NCBI GenBank assembly: GCA_004022145.1
Contig: RCNU01000003.1
Length of the DNA stretch: 64,000 bases
Reading direction: 5' to 3' (one strand)
Origin: Paecilomyces variotii
Taxonomy: Eukaryota
A program made the position numbers and the translations under genes. This document shows, piece after piece, positions 13,184 to 26,518 of this stretch (positions within the stretch are counted from its first letter, which is position 1; each line of letters starts with the position of its first letter). A model generated the notes under the pieces. The model searched no databases, was not told the DNA's origin, and saw nothing but the letters and a program-made list of their open reading frames with translations.

Positions 13184-14486
13184 ACGCGCCAAGGGAACTT
13201 GTGGAACCGAATAATGGCGGATGGATCCGGAAGAACATCGATATTCCGGTCGGTTGGGATGCCCCCGTTGCAAAGCCCAACGCGGATACTGGGGGACATC
13301 ACTGAGGTGACGGGGAAAAAACAACTGTTTATTATCATCTTGTCGACTGAATCCTGAGAATGACGTATCAGGTATTTTGTAGCTTGGCAGGAACTCTGCT
13401 AGCGGCTGAGGGGAACCACCAGCCCTTGCGGAAATCACATCAATAAAACCATGGTTCATTTTTTGTCTCGCGGGCCGCTCGCTACCACTAACCAAGAATG
13501 AGCCGCTGGCCTAGAGTATACCACTCTAGAAGGCGGAATGTTGGTTCATGGCTGAGCTATCATTATTATTATTGTTGTTGTTGTTGTTGTCCTTTGTAGA
13601 AACGTTTCGTAGTCTTGTTGATCCGTCATGGGCTGATTACTCTTCCCCATCCTGCAGCCCCTGAAACGTCAGCCAGCCATATAACATAGTCTAGTCAACT
13701 AACCAAGCACCCTCACCGTTGGAATCGTTATGGAGTCCGTATTTCTCCGACAGAGGGTCCCTGAGTGGGATGAGCAAGCATTTGCGCAGCCACAAGCGGC
13801 TGGTGAGGGTTTGGTTTCCCCGCCGTAAACAGATAAGTAGATTGTCTAGGGCATCGGATCTTCAATCCAGCCAGGAACGGACGGACCATTATTGAGGAGC
13901 GAGTGGGCCCCCATCGGAGATCTCAGTCTTCAGCTGCAAAGAATGGTGATTTGATTTAGCGCTGAGGGTATCTAGGCAATCTGGGCCCCTGCGAGACATG
14001 GACAAGGTTTAGTTAGTTTTCGACTGGAGGGATTCTAGAGTAAACAGGGAATTAATTAGTCTAGTTATTCCTCAATAATATACCATGACTTGCCCTGACG
14101 AGGCGAGGGGAAACAAGGGGAGTCCCTGGAAGGCCTGATTGTTCCCCAGGCAACGCCGCAGCTGCCCGAGGGGCTGAGTTCAACGCTGGAATATCGTCCA
14201 GGGCAGTCGGCGACAAGAGCGTTCTTTGCTTAACAACAGGTCGTCCCCCAGATCTTCCCTTTTCTCCCCTTCTGGTGGCAATTGTCTCTGCAGTTTCCAA
14301 CTGTGCGGCATACCAGAATATCGAAAGTCTGTTCCAGCAGGATCTGTGTGCCTGGCTCGGGAGGAGGAAGAAGAGGAACAGGAAGAAGAAGACGTCGTTG
14401 CCCGCCTATCGCCCTTTCTGAAGGGGCCACTGATATCGACCCGATCAGAGCTTTGGGCTCCAAACCACCACACCACACTTATCACG

Positions 14487-16586
14487 ATGACCGTCAATAT
14501 CGCGACAGACGCTGCTGAGCGTCAGGGACTCAGACTGCCAAATCCACCGCCTCTGCTACACACGCGCTCAGGAAACGATGTCTACGATCGTCCTTCAACC
14601 CCCACCACCAACGGTTTCACCAGCCCCGCCCAGACACCGCATGGCAGTCCGAGCAAGAACAGAATGCCCCCAGGTGCACTGGATTTGCCCAACGTTTTTG
14701 AAAAGGCCTTGAAACTGGCTCCATCCTCGCCAAATAAGTCAGGACTCAACTCACCTGGTTTCGCGCCGGGCAAAGGAGGGTTGAACGGTGCGGACGATTC
14801 GGGCTTCAACGAGAGCGTCATCCACCAGCAGCGAACTGGCAGCCCAACCAGATCCGCCAACAAGGAGAATACGCCTCCCAACCCTCTTCGTACAACGAAA
14901 GACCTCGGTCTGAATCCGAATGCAGCGGCCATTTCGCGCCATGAGCCCTACCAGCAGAGAGAGTCGGATACTATGCGGAGACAGACACAACTACGTGGAC
15001 TGACAGCCGAAGAAGCCGAGAAGCTACAGCTTCCGAAGGTCAAACGTCTGGCCAACGTCACACAGCTATGTATGGCCAGACTGGTGTGACGAATGGACGT
15101 GATGGTTCTATGTTGCTGACTGCAGAACAGATTTCCTCGATCACTACTTCGACCTTCTGAGTTACGTCCATAACCGCCAGAGTCGCCATGCGCAGTTCAA
15201 GGCTGCCTATCCCCCGCCACCTGAAACACCTCTTGAAGAATACGAGCCAGCATTGCATAAGTACCTGGGCCGTGAACGTGCCCACCTGCGCAAGCGGCGT
15301 ACGAGACTGCGCCAGGGAGATTTCCAGATCCTTACGCAGGTTGGACAGGGAGGCTATGGACAGGTCTATCTGGCACAGAAGAAAGACACAAGGGAGGTGT
15401 GTGCACTGAAGGTTATGAGCAAGAAGTTGCTCTTCAAGTTGGACGAGATTCGCCATATCCTGACGGAGAGAGACATCCTCACTGCCGCTAAGAGTGATTG
15501 GCTCGTCAAGCTGCTGTACGCATTCCAGGACGACGAGCAGATTTATCTGGCAATGGAGTATGTTCCTGGTGGTGACTTCCGTACGCTGCTGAACAATACC
15601 GGTGTCCTGCACAACCGTCACGCGCGATTCTACATTTCCGAGATGTTCATGTGTGTCGATGCGCTCCATCAACTGGGTTATATCCATCGTGACCTGAAAC
15701 CAGAGAACTTCTTGATCGACTCGACAGGACACGTGAAGCTGACGGACTTTGGCCTGGCTGCTGGAATGCTCAACCCAGGCAAGATCGAGTCGATGCGCGT
15801 CAAATTAGAAGAGGTTGGCAACACCCCGGTGCCATTTGGCCGCCCAATGGAGCAGAGAACTATGGCAGAGAGACGGGAGGGATATCGCTCTCTGAGGGAG
15901 CGGGATGTCAACTATGCCAAGTCAATCGTTGGTTCGCCGGACTACATGGCCCCTGAGGTCTTGAAGGGCCAGGAGTACGATTTCACGGTCGACTACTGGA
16001 GTTTGGGATGCATGCTCTTCGAGGCTCTCGCGGGTTACCCTCCGTTCGCAGGAGCAACTGTCGACGAGACATGGCAGAACCTCAAACGCTGGCAGAAAGT
16101 TCTGCGGAAGCCCCAGTATGAAGATCCAAACTACTTCCTCTCCCGGCGGACCTGGGATCTCATCACTAGGCTGGTGGCTGCCAAGGAACAGCGTTTCAAG
16201 AACATCCGGGAGATTCATACTCACGAGTACTTTGCGGAGGTGGACTTTACCCGACTGCGGGAGCAGAGGGCGCCATTTGTGCCTGAACTCGACTCGGAAA
16301 CCGATGCCGGGTACTTTGATGATTTCAGCAACGAAGCAGACATGGCCAAGTACAAGGAAGTGCACGACAAACAGAAGGCACTGGAGGACATGGCAGACCG
16401 AGAGGACAAGATGAGCAAGGGCCTGTTTGTTGGTTTCACTTTCCGGTAAGGACTTTCCGGCCCTATTTAACTTTGAGCGATTTGCTGACCGACCGTAGAC
16501 ACCGCAAGCCCGCTGTCGATAGTGATGGGCGCAGCAGCCCGCGCAAACCCATTGCGACCGATGGAACATTTGGGACCATGATCTGA
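14487..16586 (+). CDS. sidB: NDR/AGC Ser/Thr kinase Dbf2/Sid2 (septation/mitotic exit)
   Basis: Exons 14487-15069, 15131-16445, 16499-16586. Motifs YFLDHYFDLL, GQGGYGQV, HRDLKPEN, DFGL, SIVGSPDYMAPE and the hydrophobic motif FVGFTF. Confidence 0.93.
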
Positions 16587-17225
16587 GCCTTGGTGGGAGC
16601 GCTTAGTGGACAGCGTTTGTTCCTTTCTAGCGGTCGATTTCTTTATTGTTCTCCCCGGATAGACGAGCTGGCTCGAATCTCGGCGGGCTGCATCGTTTCT
16701 TTATTACTGCCCTTGCATCTTTGAAATTCTGATTCGTGTCGTACATGCCTCTTAATGACCTACCCTTCTCTACTATTGTCTTAGTGTGCCTCTGGCCATG
16801 TCTTACTCTGCGCAGGAAGTCTACTTGCTGGAGTCGGATGAATTTGTTTTAGTGACTGTGTCTCAAAAAGGATGGAGTTGACAACCTTCGGAGCGTATTG
16901 ATTGTTCTGTATGAATAATAATAGAACATGAATGGAATCTGAAAAAGTAACCGTTCCGTAGGCAACTTTTAAAAGTAATTATATTATCGTCTTGTTTGTT
17001 GTTGGCCCAGATGAATCACAACAGCAAGAGTCAATCAATTATGCTATACTTGCCCGAAACATTATATGTTGCTTAGATATGATTTCATTCCAGAGGTGAG
17101 ATGGCCCCTCAATAGATAGCTAACATGCGGCGCAAGACACTGCGCAATCCGCATTAACCGTTCAATCGTTTCAAAACTCGCCAGAGCGAGAGGGGGAGAA
17201 CAAAAAGACGAAAGCAGTCTACAAT

Positions 17226-17937
17226 CTACTGATTTTTGTTCTCGCCCTCCGGCAATTGCTGCAGCATCTTGAGGATCACGGACTCTTTATCACCCACCAC
17301 AGCCTGGCCGTTGTTCCAGTCGACGGTCTGCATCGCGTTAGCAAAACTGGCCCCAATCACACACCATAACCCAATTCAATAAAAGGGCAAAAAAAGCTCA
17401 AAGCATAAAAAACATTCCGCACTCACCACCGGCCTAACAAAATTATCCCCATTCTCCTTGACCTTCTTCAACGCGTCCGCTGCATCTTTCGCTCCCCGCA
17501 CGATATCACTAATACTCTGCTTGGGATCCGCGCGCGCCGCATAATCCAGGATACTGCGCAGCTGGTCCGGAGTAGGGGGTTCTTCGGTGACTTCGAGTTC
17601 GAATTCGCCTCGTTCGCGTAGTGCTTGGGCCGTGTTGTCGGATGCTTGGTCGATTGTTGTGGTTTCGGTGGCTGTTGCGTGGGCGACTTTGAGGAGGTTG
17701 AGGGTGCGCTGGGAGGCGGGTACGCTGGGTTTGTGGAAGAGGGTGACGACGTCGAAGGTTCGGGCCTGGGAGGTTGGAATTAGTTGGTGGTTGTTAGGTA
17801 TGGATTGGGTGAGTGAGTGAGTGAGTGATTGATGTATTGATGGGTGGTGGCATGATAGCCAAATGGGATGATGGTATGAGTCTGTTCAGCAGTGAAGAAT
17901 GAACGGGGGGATGGATGATACTTACGAAACGGAACAT
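17226..17937 (-). CDS. FMP46: Mitochondrial thioredoxin-like redox protein Fmp46 (DUF1687)
   Basis: Not in the ORF track. Exons 17926-17937 (MFRF), 17427-17765 and 17226-~17327. Motifs DVVTLFHKPS, FELEVTEEPPTPDQLRSILDY and RPV-TVDWNNG. Confidence 0.82.
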
Positions 17938-18715
17938 TGTGCTTGCGATTGAGTCGATTCAAGATAAGATAAAAGTAATTGGTATAATCCGTGGATAGAG
18001 AGAGATGTCAAGCTCAATCAGATGTAGTTAAGTTAAGTGAAGCTGGAGCTTCTGAGTCCGTAGTCTACCTAAGAGTAAGAACGCGCTTCTTGGCTCTCCG
18101 CTCGGCCGTTTCGGCGGATCAAATCGAAGCTAACGGAACCGCATACGTCATGGCTTAGAGTAGAGATATTGCGATTTTCTATAGTTATTATTATACTATT
18201 TATTTCTTATTATGGAGTTACGTACAAGCGTGCTGCTGTATTCAATTATTTATAGGAATTGTAGTAACGATTGATGCTTTCAATAATTCCAAGACGGCTC
18301 ATGAGTAATGTAGTTTGAGCCGGTCAGATAGATTACAGGCGACACAGAGAAAAGAAAGAGACTAAAGAGCTAGCAGTTTGTTTCCATTCTTCTTCTAAAA
18401 CTCAGCGTGTAAAGGAGACGGTGAAATCTGATCCTATGAACACGCTGGTGTATTATTCTCTAGATATTAGAGGAAGCTCGAGACAATCTTGTTCTGGTGG
18501 CAGTGGCATGCTGAATATGTCATGGTATCAAAAGGCAACACTATGAGATTCTATCTCCCCCCGAAAAATGCAGCGTGAGATGCTAATATAAGCCCTACAC
18601 CTAAGAGGGTGCCATCCAATCAGCTCTTTTGACTCCATCATGGCAAAGAACTCTAGTTTGACAATGTAGACGAAAAGCCCAAGAGTGATCGGTGGCTGTG
18701 AGTGTCTTTGCGATG

Positions 18716-19887
18716 TTATGAGCTGGCATGGATCGGACGAGGTCTGCTGTTGGGATCGCCATACTTGAACAGCCGGAAATCGTAGTTGATGTCTATTACC
18801 CCTAAAGCCTCAAGACTCGTAACGACACGCCGGAACTCCAACAGGAGTCCGCGCAACTGGCGGAGCAGTTCAGAAACGTCGGCGGCATCGGAGCCCGCTT
18901 CGCGAAGATCGGGGCTACATTCACCAGATATGATGGGCACCCTTATCTCTAATTCTATCTAAGTAAATATCAGTATAGAAAATCATAGTTGAGACCAAGG
19001 AATGAGATTAGGACGGTGAGTTATCATGATCTCACCTTGTACATATGACTGCCGGGTTCCTCTCATAATACGCCTACTGAGTCGTGAGAATAGAAGAGTA
19101 ACTTAGACCCTCGGCTTTTACCCATTGACTCATCAGATTGCCCACTTCTGCCGAAGTGAAGCTTCCAGTATTTTTGTCTTCCAGGTGGGTCATCGCTCTC
19201 CGAGCTGCTTTGACTGAAGACAAGACCGAGGAGAAAGTGCACTGGCACGTTCCGTGATCCGGACTAAATGCGTCCAGATCTCATCTCGAGACAAGGAGTT
19301 CGGATCCCATCCATACGTGCTCCGCCAGATACTATTCTTGTTCGGAGCAGTTGCTAACTGATTTGTATTCTGGCTTTGTACCAAACAATCGAACTGCATA
19401 CTCTGTTCCGAGATGTCAACTTCGACCTGCAGTTGGTATTTATTTTAAACCGAAGATGTAAGTACCAAGAAATTCGTTGACGTTGTCAAGGTCTGGTTCC
19501 CATCCGTGGTCTCTTTAGTGCCATTTCCCCGTCTCTGGACAAATAGCCCGAAACATAGCAAACTGCTTCTCTGTGACCTCTGACCTCGACTCTAAGAACT
19601 TATGGGGAAGGTCGTGTATAGTTTTGTTAACGAGATTCGCTCTGTTGATAAGCTCATTGATCTCCATCTGATCCATGGGGATAAAGAATCCCTGCACTTT
19701 GTGAGCAGGAAGTGTGCTTTAGGGCCTTCTCGATATTTCCACGAATTTGAACGAAGAAGAATAATACTCAAATAAGAGTTTTGTGTCTGAGTATCAAAGA
19801 AGAATCATATGTGGTCACAGGGTAAATGTTATGTTCGAAGACAATTTGTCAAAAATTGCGTTTGAACAACAGACTGTGCTTACTCAT
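18716..19887 (-). pseudogene. Decayed gene of an unassigned fungal hypothetical family
   Basis: ATGA|GTAAGC intron start, then a protein-like frame (TIHDLPHKFLESRSEVTEKQFAMFRAICP) broken by in-frame TAA stops. A further GTGAGA..CTGAT..TAG intron precedes the 18716-18940 piece. Confidence 0.4.
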
Positions 19888-21295
19888 GTCTGATTTTGAT
19901 AGATGATCGACAACGGTTTAGAAAACGTGGGATGCTTAATTATTATCAATTGTGAAAAAGCTAGAAGCTTTTTTCGAGGCGTTTTCTGTGTGTGTGCTTT
20001 GCGATTAACTGGGTTCGTTTGGATTTGTCACAATCCGGGAGTTCAAGGGGTGAACATATTAACAATATATCATAGAAAAAGTAAGACAAGACCCGAAGAG
20101 ACGATCGAGGGCGAAAGTAGGTGAAAAAGTGAAAGGGGAAATGGTATTGGATGGTTCCTTGGATAATTCATGCCGGTACATAACCCATGTTTATGATTGG
20201 TATCCTCGCCCAAGTTCGCAGATTATCGACGCAATACCATTCTTTTCATAAGAATATGCGCCGGACTGAAGAGTTAAGCTTAAATTATAGAGATTATTTG
20301 CGTTTCTGTAGTGGCAGGGCTTGGGAAGATAAACTGTTATTATTTCTTCGATCAGTTGTCTAATTCTTGTGTATCTGTGAGATCAATTACTTACTCCACT
20401 TTGCTTGAGATACGGAATGTTGGCGGCGTCTCTTTCCCAAACTTCAAATATACCGTTAACATGTTATATTGGTGTCCCTGAAATCTTGGTCCAATGGAGA
20501 AAAAGTACCATTTGGACTTTGCTATCAAGACGAGGCAAGCCTTTAGACCAGCCGCTCTGGATTGTAAGTAGATAGTTGTTTGGAGTTAACGTAGGAGCAT
20601 ATCTGGTTCCTTGCGGGAACCGGTATACTGCCCATTAAAGTTACGGATGGCTTAGCCAATATACCAAATGGAAGAGAATGTATAAATGGAAAAGGGTATT
20701 AGCAAAACCAGACTTGAGAGAGGAGGTGTTTAATCACCACGACAATGGAGAACCCCCTTGGGTTAAACTGAGGGAATTTCGAATTCAAGACAAAGTCTCC
20801 GCTGGTTTTCCGGTGTACAAAGATTCCAGTAAGGTTGAGATCTATCCGCTTGGTTTTCTTGGATACTTTTCGTATCAACAAAAGTAAACTCCGCGGCCAT
20901 TGGAGGACAATCTCAGGGATAGAGAGTGCTTCTCCTTCGTCAATCTAGGCTTGCACTTTATCCGAATGAAGCAGTCGCTGGTCCTCGACTTACGCTCGAT
21001 CCAGAAGTGATGGCATTGCTCCTTGGAAAAGATGCTCGTGATCGCCTGATACTGAGCTTCTCTCAAAATTCGCGTCCGTTTCCTCTGTCGTCATTGGAAA
21101 AGAAGGGCTGCTCTCTTCGTCCCTTATTTGTCGTCTTCTCCCCAGACTCAGGCGAGTTCGGAATGCCGTCCCTTAGAGTCGTCCAAGAGCTTCTGGTATA
21201 CCCAACAGGTTTTCCGGGTCTCGGGGTTGCTTAAGGAGATCCATCTCTTGCAGACAATCATCCGAGCATCATCTATGTCGACTTGCTGCACAATT

Positions 21296-21430
21296 CATTT
21301 CTCTTCTGGCGAGACTCGGCCTAACTTGACCACCGCGCTGGGTTTATAGGTCCAGTCAACGCATTTTGGAGCGGAGACAGTAGTCTTCCAATGATATGTC
21401 TCGTGGAGCACAGTCTTTGCTCGAATCATT
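21296..21430 (-). pseudogene. Fragment carrying an HExxH zincin-type motif
   Basis: Frame reads RAKTVLHETYHWKTTVSAPKCVDWTY, with HETYH at about 21391-21405. No full-length gene context. Confidence 0.35.
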
Positions 21431-21545
21431 GTCCAGCTGCTTCGCTCCTTTCCTTCAAGTCACCAACTTTGATCTGTGGAAGACGGCTGCTTAACACGAA
21501 TATCTCCAGCCGGCGATGTTCATGAAGTAGATATAGGTGATTTAC

Positions 21546-22400
21546 CTTGCAATCAATGCGCAGAAAAGTAAACTCGTCTACATCAGTAAACAGCACCCAT
21601 AAACAATCGTGTTTATCCTGCCCTCTTATCTCCGGATGTGATGTACCATGCCTATATAATACAATTAGCTAATATCCAAAGACAAGCGAGAAATGGTTGA
21701 CTTGCCTATATACGCCACGCATTGGGACTACCGTAGACGTTCCTCTGTCACCGTATCCTATATTAAGTATATTCGGACTGGACTTTCTATTCAGGAGGTA
21801 CCTAAGCTTGCCCTTTCAATATGACCCCCATGGGTAACCTTTAACTCCCCAACGACCTTCAAAACGTGATCGTCATCCTCAGCTCCCAAACGTGGCAGCG
21901 CAAAATCATGACTCAAGTTGAGTCGCAAGCTCCATAACCATTCCTTCCAACACGTGTGTCAAAATGGCGAGTTTCTCGATCATGTTCCGGATGTGGCGAA
22001 TCAGATTACCCGCAGCTGGCGCAGGAGGAGGTTCGGGAGGGGGTGGGTGTATCATCATCAATTACGATCGGATCTGGACAATATGGAGTTAGCAGTATCC
22101 CAACCCATAGAAAGCCCTACTTACTTTCAGCCAGACCGGACGCAGGAGTAGGCTGGCCCATGCCATGAGGGATCAAGATCACGTCAGGAGTGCCGGTCAA
22201 AGTAAACTGCACGCATTTGAAATCTGCGAACAGGATTCCCTTCGACTGTGATATGAAAATGGAGTTTAAGTAGGTCGTCGAAGTACTTATGGAATCTCCC
22301 TTGTAGACCATGCTCGTCCCTGACCTTGACGTTTAAATCAAGCTGAGTTTCGGGGATAAGATCAAGAAGACCCTCCGAAGCCGCTGCCTCGCGAGCTTCA
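21546..22400 (-). pseudogene. Frameshifted fragments resembling fungal PD-(D/E)XK/Crinkler-type hypothetical proteins
   Basis: Pieces VRDEHGLQGRF, ILFADFKC..TPDVILIP, LKVVGELK, QCVAYIG|MVHHIRR*EGRINTIVYG and FTDVDEFTFLRID in shifting frames with stops and relic introns. Confidence 0.45.
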
Positions 22401-23995
22401 CGCTCGCGACTCTCCCGGACGTTGCCGTGAGCCGAGTTTCTTCTTCGACATGCTACATACAAGCGCTATTAGCATACTGCCACATGAGACCGCGGAGCGC
22501 TTGGGAGACGCTACTACGCGCAACAGAGCACGATGTTGTTGTTCCGTTCGGATATGTCAAAAGTAAAGATGAAGTTGCCGAAGGACTTATAGACATCATC
22601 TCTCTCGAAAAGCGATACCATTCGAGCGGTCATTGATATTCCATGGTTTCAATTTTGTAGGATCTTGCCCCAAATAACTAAGTATGCGGAAGCCTCTCGA
22701 GACGAATGACTTGGAAGAAAAGGTTCGATATTAGAAAGAAAAAAAGATCTATACAGAATGCCAGGTCACGACGAGGAGTAGAGTAGTGTTCGTAAATAGA
22801 TATATAAAAACTCATATAAACCACCCCCAGACCCAAGATATAGACATCGTAGTCTCCAGTTTCGACCATTTGGCTCACGACAGGTTGAACCGACAACAAT
22901 TAACTAGACACTGCTTTGCACAAGTCAATGCAACATTGCAGCGATTGTTATCCGTAGTGAAGCCAAGGTCTGCTAGGGTGTCAGTCCACCCAGTCAAGGA
23001 TGATACATTCTGCCTCATGCCCTTGTCGGGAGTTCACTGTATGGAGTTGACTGTTGCCACCTTGATCATGTCATTCCAGCGGATGCCCTCCTCTTCCGCG
23101 AGAGCAATCAAAGAAGGCTCTGGGCAAGGCGATCAAAACCAAGACGGAGCTTCAGAAATAAAGAAAGGTATAGACCACTTCTAGCGTTAGACTTGATTGA
23201 CTTTGGTAGTGGTAGATTGATGATGCTAAGTAGTGCTTCTGTATAGTTCGGGTATTTCTTTTGGCTTGCTTGGTTGAGCCGCCATATCTAATATAGATGA
23301 TTTATGATCGATGCTTTTGAAAAAAAAACAAGACACAGAGAGGAGGGATGCTCTGTTGGACTTTATATAGGAAGTAAAATGAATAGTCCAGGCTGACTGT
23401 GATCCGGATGCATTCATATACCCATGGATGAGAACCTTGGAAGGGGGGTTCCGTCCATATGTGGCTTAGTACCTCTACTGAGTGATGGAGAATGTCTAAG
23501 TTAATAGATTTCTCAGTGGAGGGGTTGGATATTCACGGTGTTTTCGTTAGAGATGCGAGGAGTACTCCGCTTCTTGATACTGTATACTAGTGAATGAGAA
23601 CTACGGGGTTAATTTCTGTGTCTTTTGAGAGGTATCGCGTTTAGTCTTGTTGTGTATTTCCCAAGTATGCGAAGGTAAACTTCCTGGATGTATATGGTTT
23701 AGAATAGTTACAATGCGATTGCAGTATTGGCTATTAGTGTCTATCTGTCCAGTTCCGAGTGTATATATGACAAAGGTAAACTGTTCAAAAGTCTCGCTGC
23801 GGACTGTAAAGAGGAAAGATACGATGGAATACGTTGATGAGATGTGGGTTATTTGGTTTCGTGCTGGTCGCGGTGCCCACCTCGGACTCTCACGAGTAGA
23901 GCCGCTACCAGCAAGACAATAAGTCCGATAGCGAACGTGTATGTCGCATTCGAACCTATGCTAGACTCCGCTGCCTCGGCGTGAGGACCATCCAG

Positions 23996-25103
23996 TCACA
24001 AGCCAGCGGAAGTTTGTCCGTCACCCTCGGCCGGCAGCGTCTTGTGCAGGAAACGCTCCAGGGCTTCGATCTCATCTGGGTCTGCGGAGTGGCCAAGGTC
24101 CCTGTCGGAAGTGTAAATACGTGAAACATGCACACAACGGGAAGAGAAAGGGACATACTCGTAGTCGTGGAACTCGACATTGATACCCATGTCCACCAAG
24201 GCGTCCTTGCTCATAACGCCATAATTGTATTTCACTACTTCGTCCTCCTTGCCATGTGCCATGAAGAACGGGGTGTCCTTGTTGGGGAAGTTCTCCGGGA
24301 TATACTTCTTGATGCGGTCGCTGAGCAAGAGGTAGCATGAGAGACCAAAAACGCCTCCTAGTTTCTGCTCTCCTGTGATGCCTGTGAAAAGCGACATGGC
24401 ACCACCCTGAGAAAAGCCGCCGAGAACAATTCGCGAGGGCTTGATGCCCTTCTCTATCTCTCCCTTGATCAACGTGTTGAAATAGTCGCGCGAGCGCAGG
24501 ATACCTGGTTCGTCTTGCTTGCTGAGGAACTCTTCATAGTCCATCTGGGTTTCGCGTGAGCGAGGAATTGATTCACTTCTCGAGGAGAATAGTAGACTTA
24601 CGTCTTTGCCCAGTTTCGCAATATCATACCAACCGGGCATGGACATGCCAAAGTTCTGATCCGCGGTTAATTCGACAATGTCGCATTCCACGGGCGATTT
24701 TGCAGTCACTACATACCACTGTGATGGGGATGACAGGCGCATTGGGGAAAATGAACGAAACTTCGTCAAACTTGCCCCGTCGGCGCCAGTTCTGCGCCAA
24801 AGACATCCTGCCAGTGATAGCCGCATTAGACTTGTCCACCGTCCTGCTCCCGATCGAAGTCAAGAGCCTTCTCGAAGTCCACAACCATATATAGACCGGA
24901 TAAACGACGAGACGAGGGAACGTACCATCCTGCACCACTGGTTGGGATCAGTCAGTCAGATACTCTGCTGATAGCCAGTTATAACTGGCAAGGGGAAGAC
25001 GTGGATAGGAACGGACGTACCTATCACCCAGACCATGCGCCATGATCACGGTGGCCGTATGCTTCTTCAGCGCAGGCACAACGAACGGTGCACGCACAGA
25101 CAT
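23996..25103 (-). CDS. Acyl-protein thioesterase 1 / phospholipase-carboxylesterase
   Basis: Exons ~25021-25103, 24926-24937 (12 nt), 24717-24807, 24602-24655, 24159-24544, 23996-24101. Motifs HGLGDSGAGW, FIFPNAP, GFSQGG, HGKEDEVV and LGHS (Ser-Asp-His triad). Confidence 0.92.
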
Positions 25104-25750
25104 GGTGTCTTTGAATGTCTAATCCGTGTATGTCTTAGAATCGATAAGAGACGCAGCTCGAGTGAACGTGAACGCGAAACCAACAGGGCAACACGGTTGG
25201 CTTCGGGTCTCCGAGAGAACGGTGAGAGACTGTTGACTCCTTCTTCCGCAGAACGTGGAGGGGGATAAGATGGCGGAAGAAGATGCAAACTATAGTCGAG
25301 AGCAAGCGAATGCAAAGAAGCTGCAGAAGAAGCGACTGGATTTCGTAAATGGGACGCTGATCGACAAGATGCTTCGTCTTTTCCCCGCAGAACAGTCCGG
25401 ATTCTGCCGCCAAGGTCCACTGCGGACTCACCGCCTTTGTATACTTCTCGCAATGCTCTTCACGTTGTTTGGTCTCTTCCCAGATATAACGGACTGGGAA
25501 CTTGGAGGAAAGAAAAAAAAAGTATTTATGAATCAGATACCCATTTGAATATGGCTATGGAGATGTCTGATTTTTATTTTTATTTTTATTTTTTGAGTGA
25601 GCAGAGCCACCAAAGCTCAATGCCATAGAAGAAGCTCCACTACACTGTCTAGCCAACAGAAATATTTTGGTATCGGATACAACAGATACTCGTCACTCAT
25701 TCACAATCATGATAACCGATATACACCTGCCCAAATGACAAGATACCACC

Positions 25751-26518
25751 CTACAACACAGCAAGACCACCAATCAGCGCAGCACCCATCATTCCCCAGG
25801 CAGCCGTCTCAAGGGGAGCAGCAGCACCCTTGGAGGTAGCCGTGGCGGCAGTTCCACTGGCGGAAGAAGAAGAAGAGCTAGATCCAGCACCACTCTGGGC
25901 CTGGCCATCGGCAGTAGACTCATTGGCATTGCGGGCGGCAGCAGCACCGGAGAAGGGGGTTGCGGTGACACCGGTGTTGTTCTTGCAGACCGTTGCAGAT
26001 ACATCGTCGCTCGTGACAGCAGATGTGAAGGTCACGTCGGCGCACTGTTGATATTGTCAGTGTCAGTCTGTTATCAAGTTCAGAATGCAACTTATGATCC
26101 ACGATTTACGCACCGCGTATAGACCGCCGCCGTTATCTCCGTCCGTGACAACCTGCACAGTCGCATTGAGACCGTCCGTCAATGGGACTCCCTTCAAACT
26201 GACTGATGGCAAGCAGAAGGCGCCTAGGCCGGTGATGCCAAAGGTGTGAGCCAGAGTGATATTATAGTTGTCTCCCGGGTCGTTTCCCAGAGCCAGGAGG
26301 ACCTCCGCAGCCGTCTGGCTGTGACCCAGAATCAAGGCGACGGGGATCGAGTCGGCGGATAGGGAGAGCTTGGTGCGGTTGCTTGATTGAGGAAAGCCAC
26401 CGCAGGGGAATTCGGGCATTTTGTCCTCGTCAAAGCCTCGACTGGGGGGATATTCGAGCTTGAAGTGGGCGGCCGCCAGGGGCACAATGGCCGCCAGAGA
26501 GAGAAGGGAGAACTTCAT
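25751..26518 (-). CDS. GPI-anchored copper acquisition factor BIM1-like (LPMO-like, N-terminal His) protein
   Basis: Exons 26114-26518 and 25751-26044. Signal peptide MKFSLLSLAAIVPLAAA followed directly by H(FKLEYPPSRG). Motifs PCGG, GH, FCLP, LYA-CADV, then a Ser/Ala/Thr linker and hydrophobic GPI tail. Confidence 0.82.

Noticed and set aside
14226-14486. N-terminal extension with poly-Glu on the Dbf2 ORF
   Set aside because: Starts at a non-ATG codon; the first ATG is at 14487, and the purine tract is likely 5' UTR.
18300-23500. Intact transposon or Starship element
   Set aside because: No transposase, reverse transcriptase or tyrosine recombinase motifs, and no terminal repeats found by eye.
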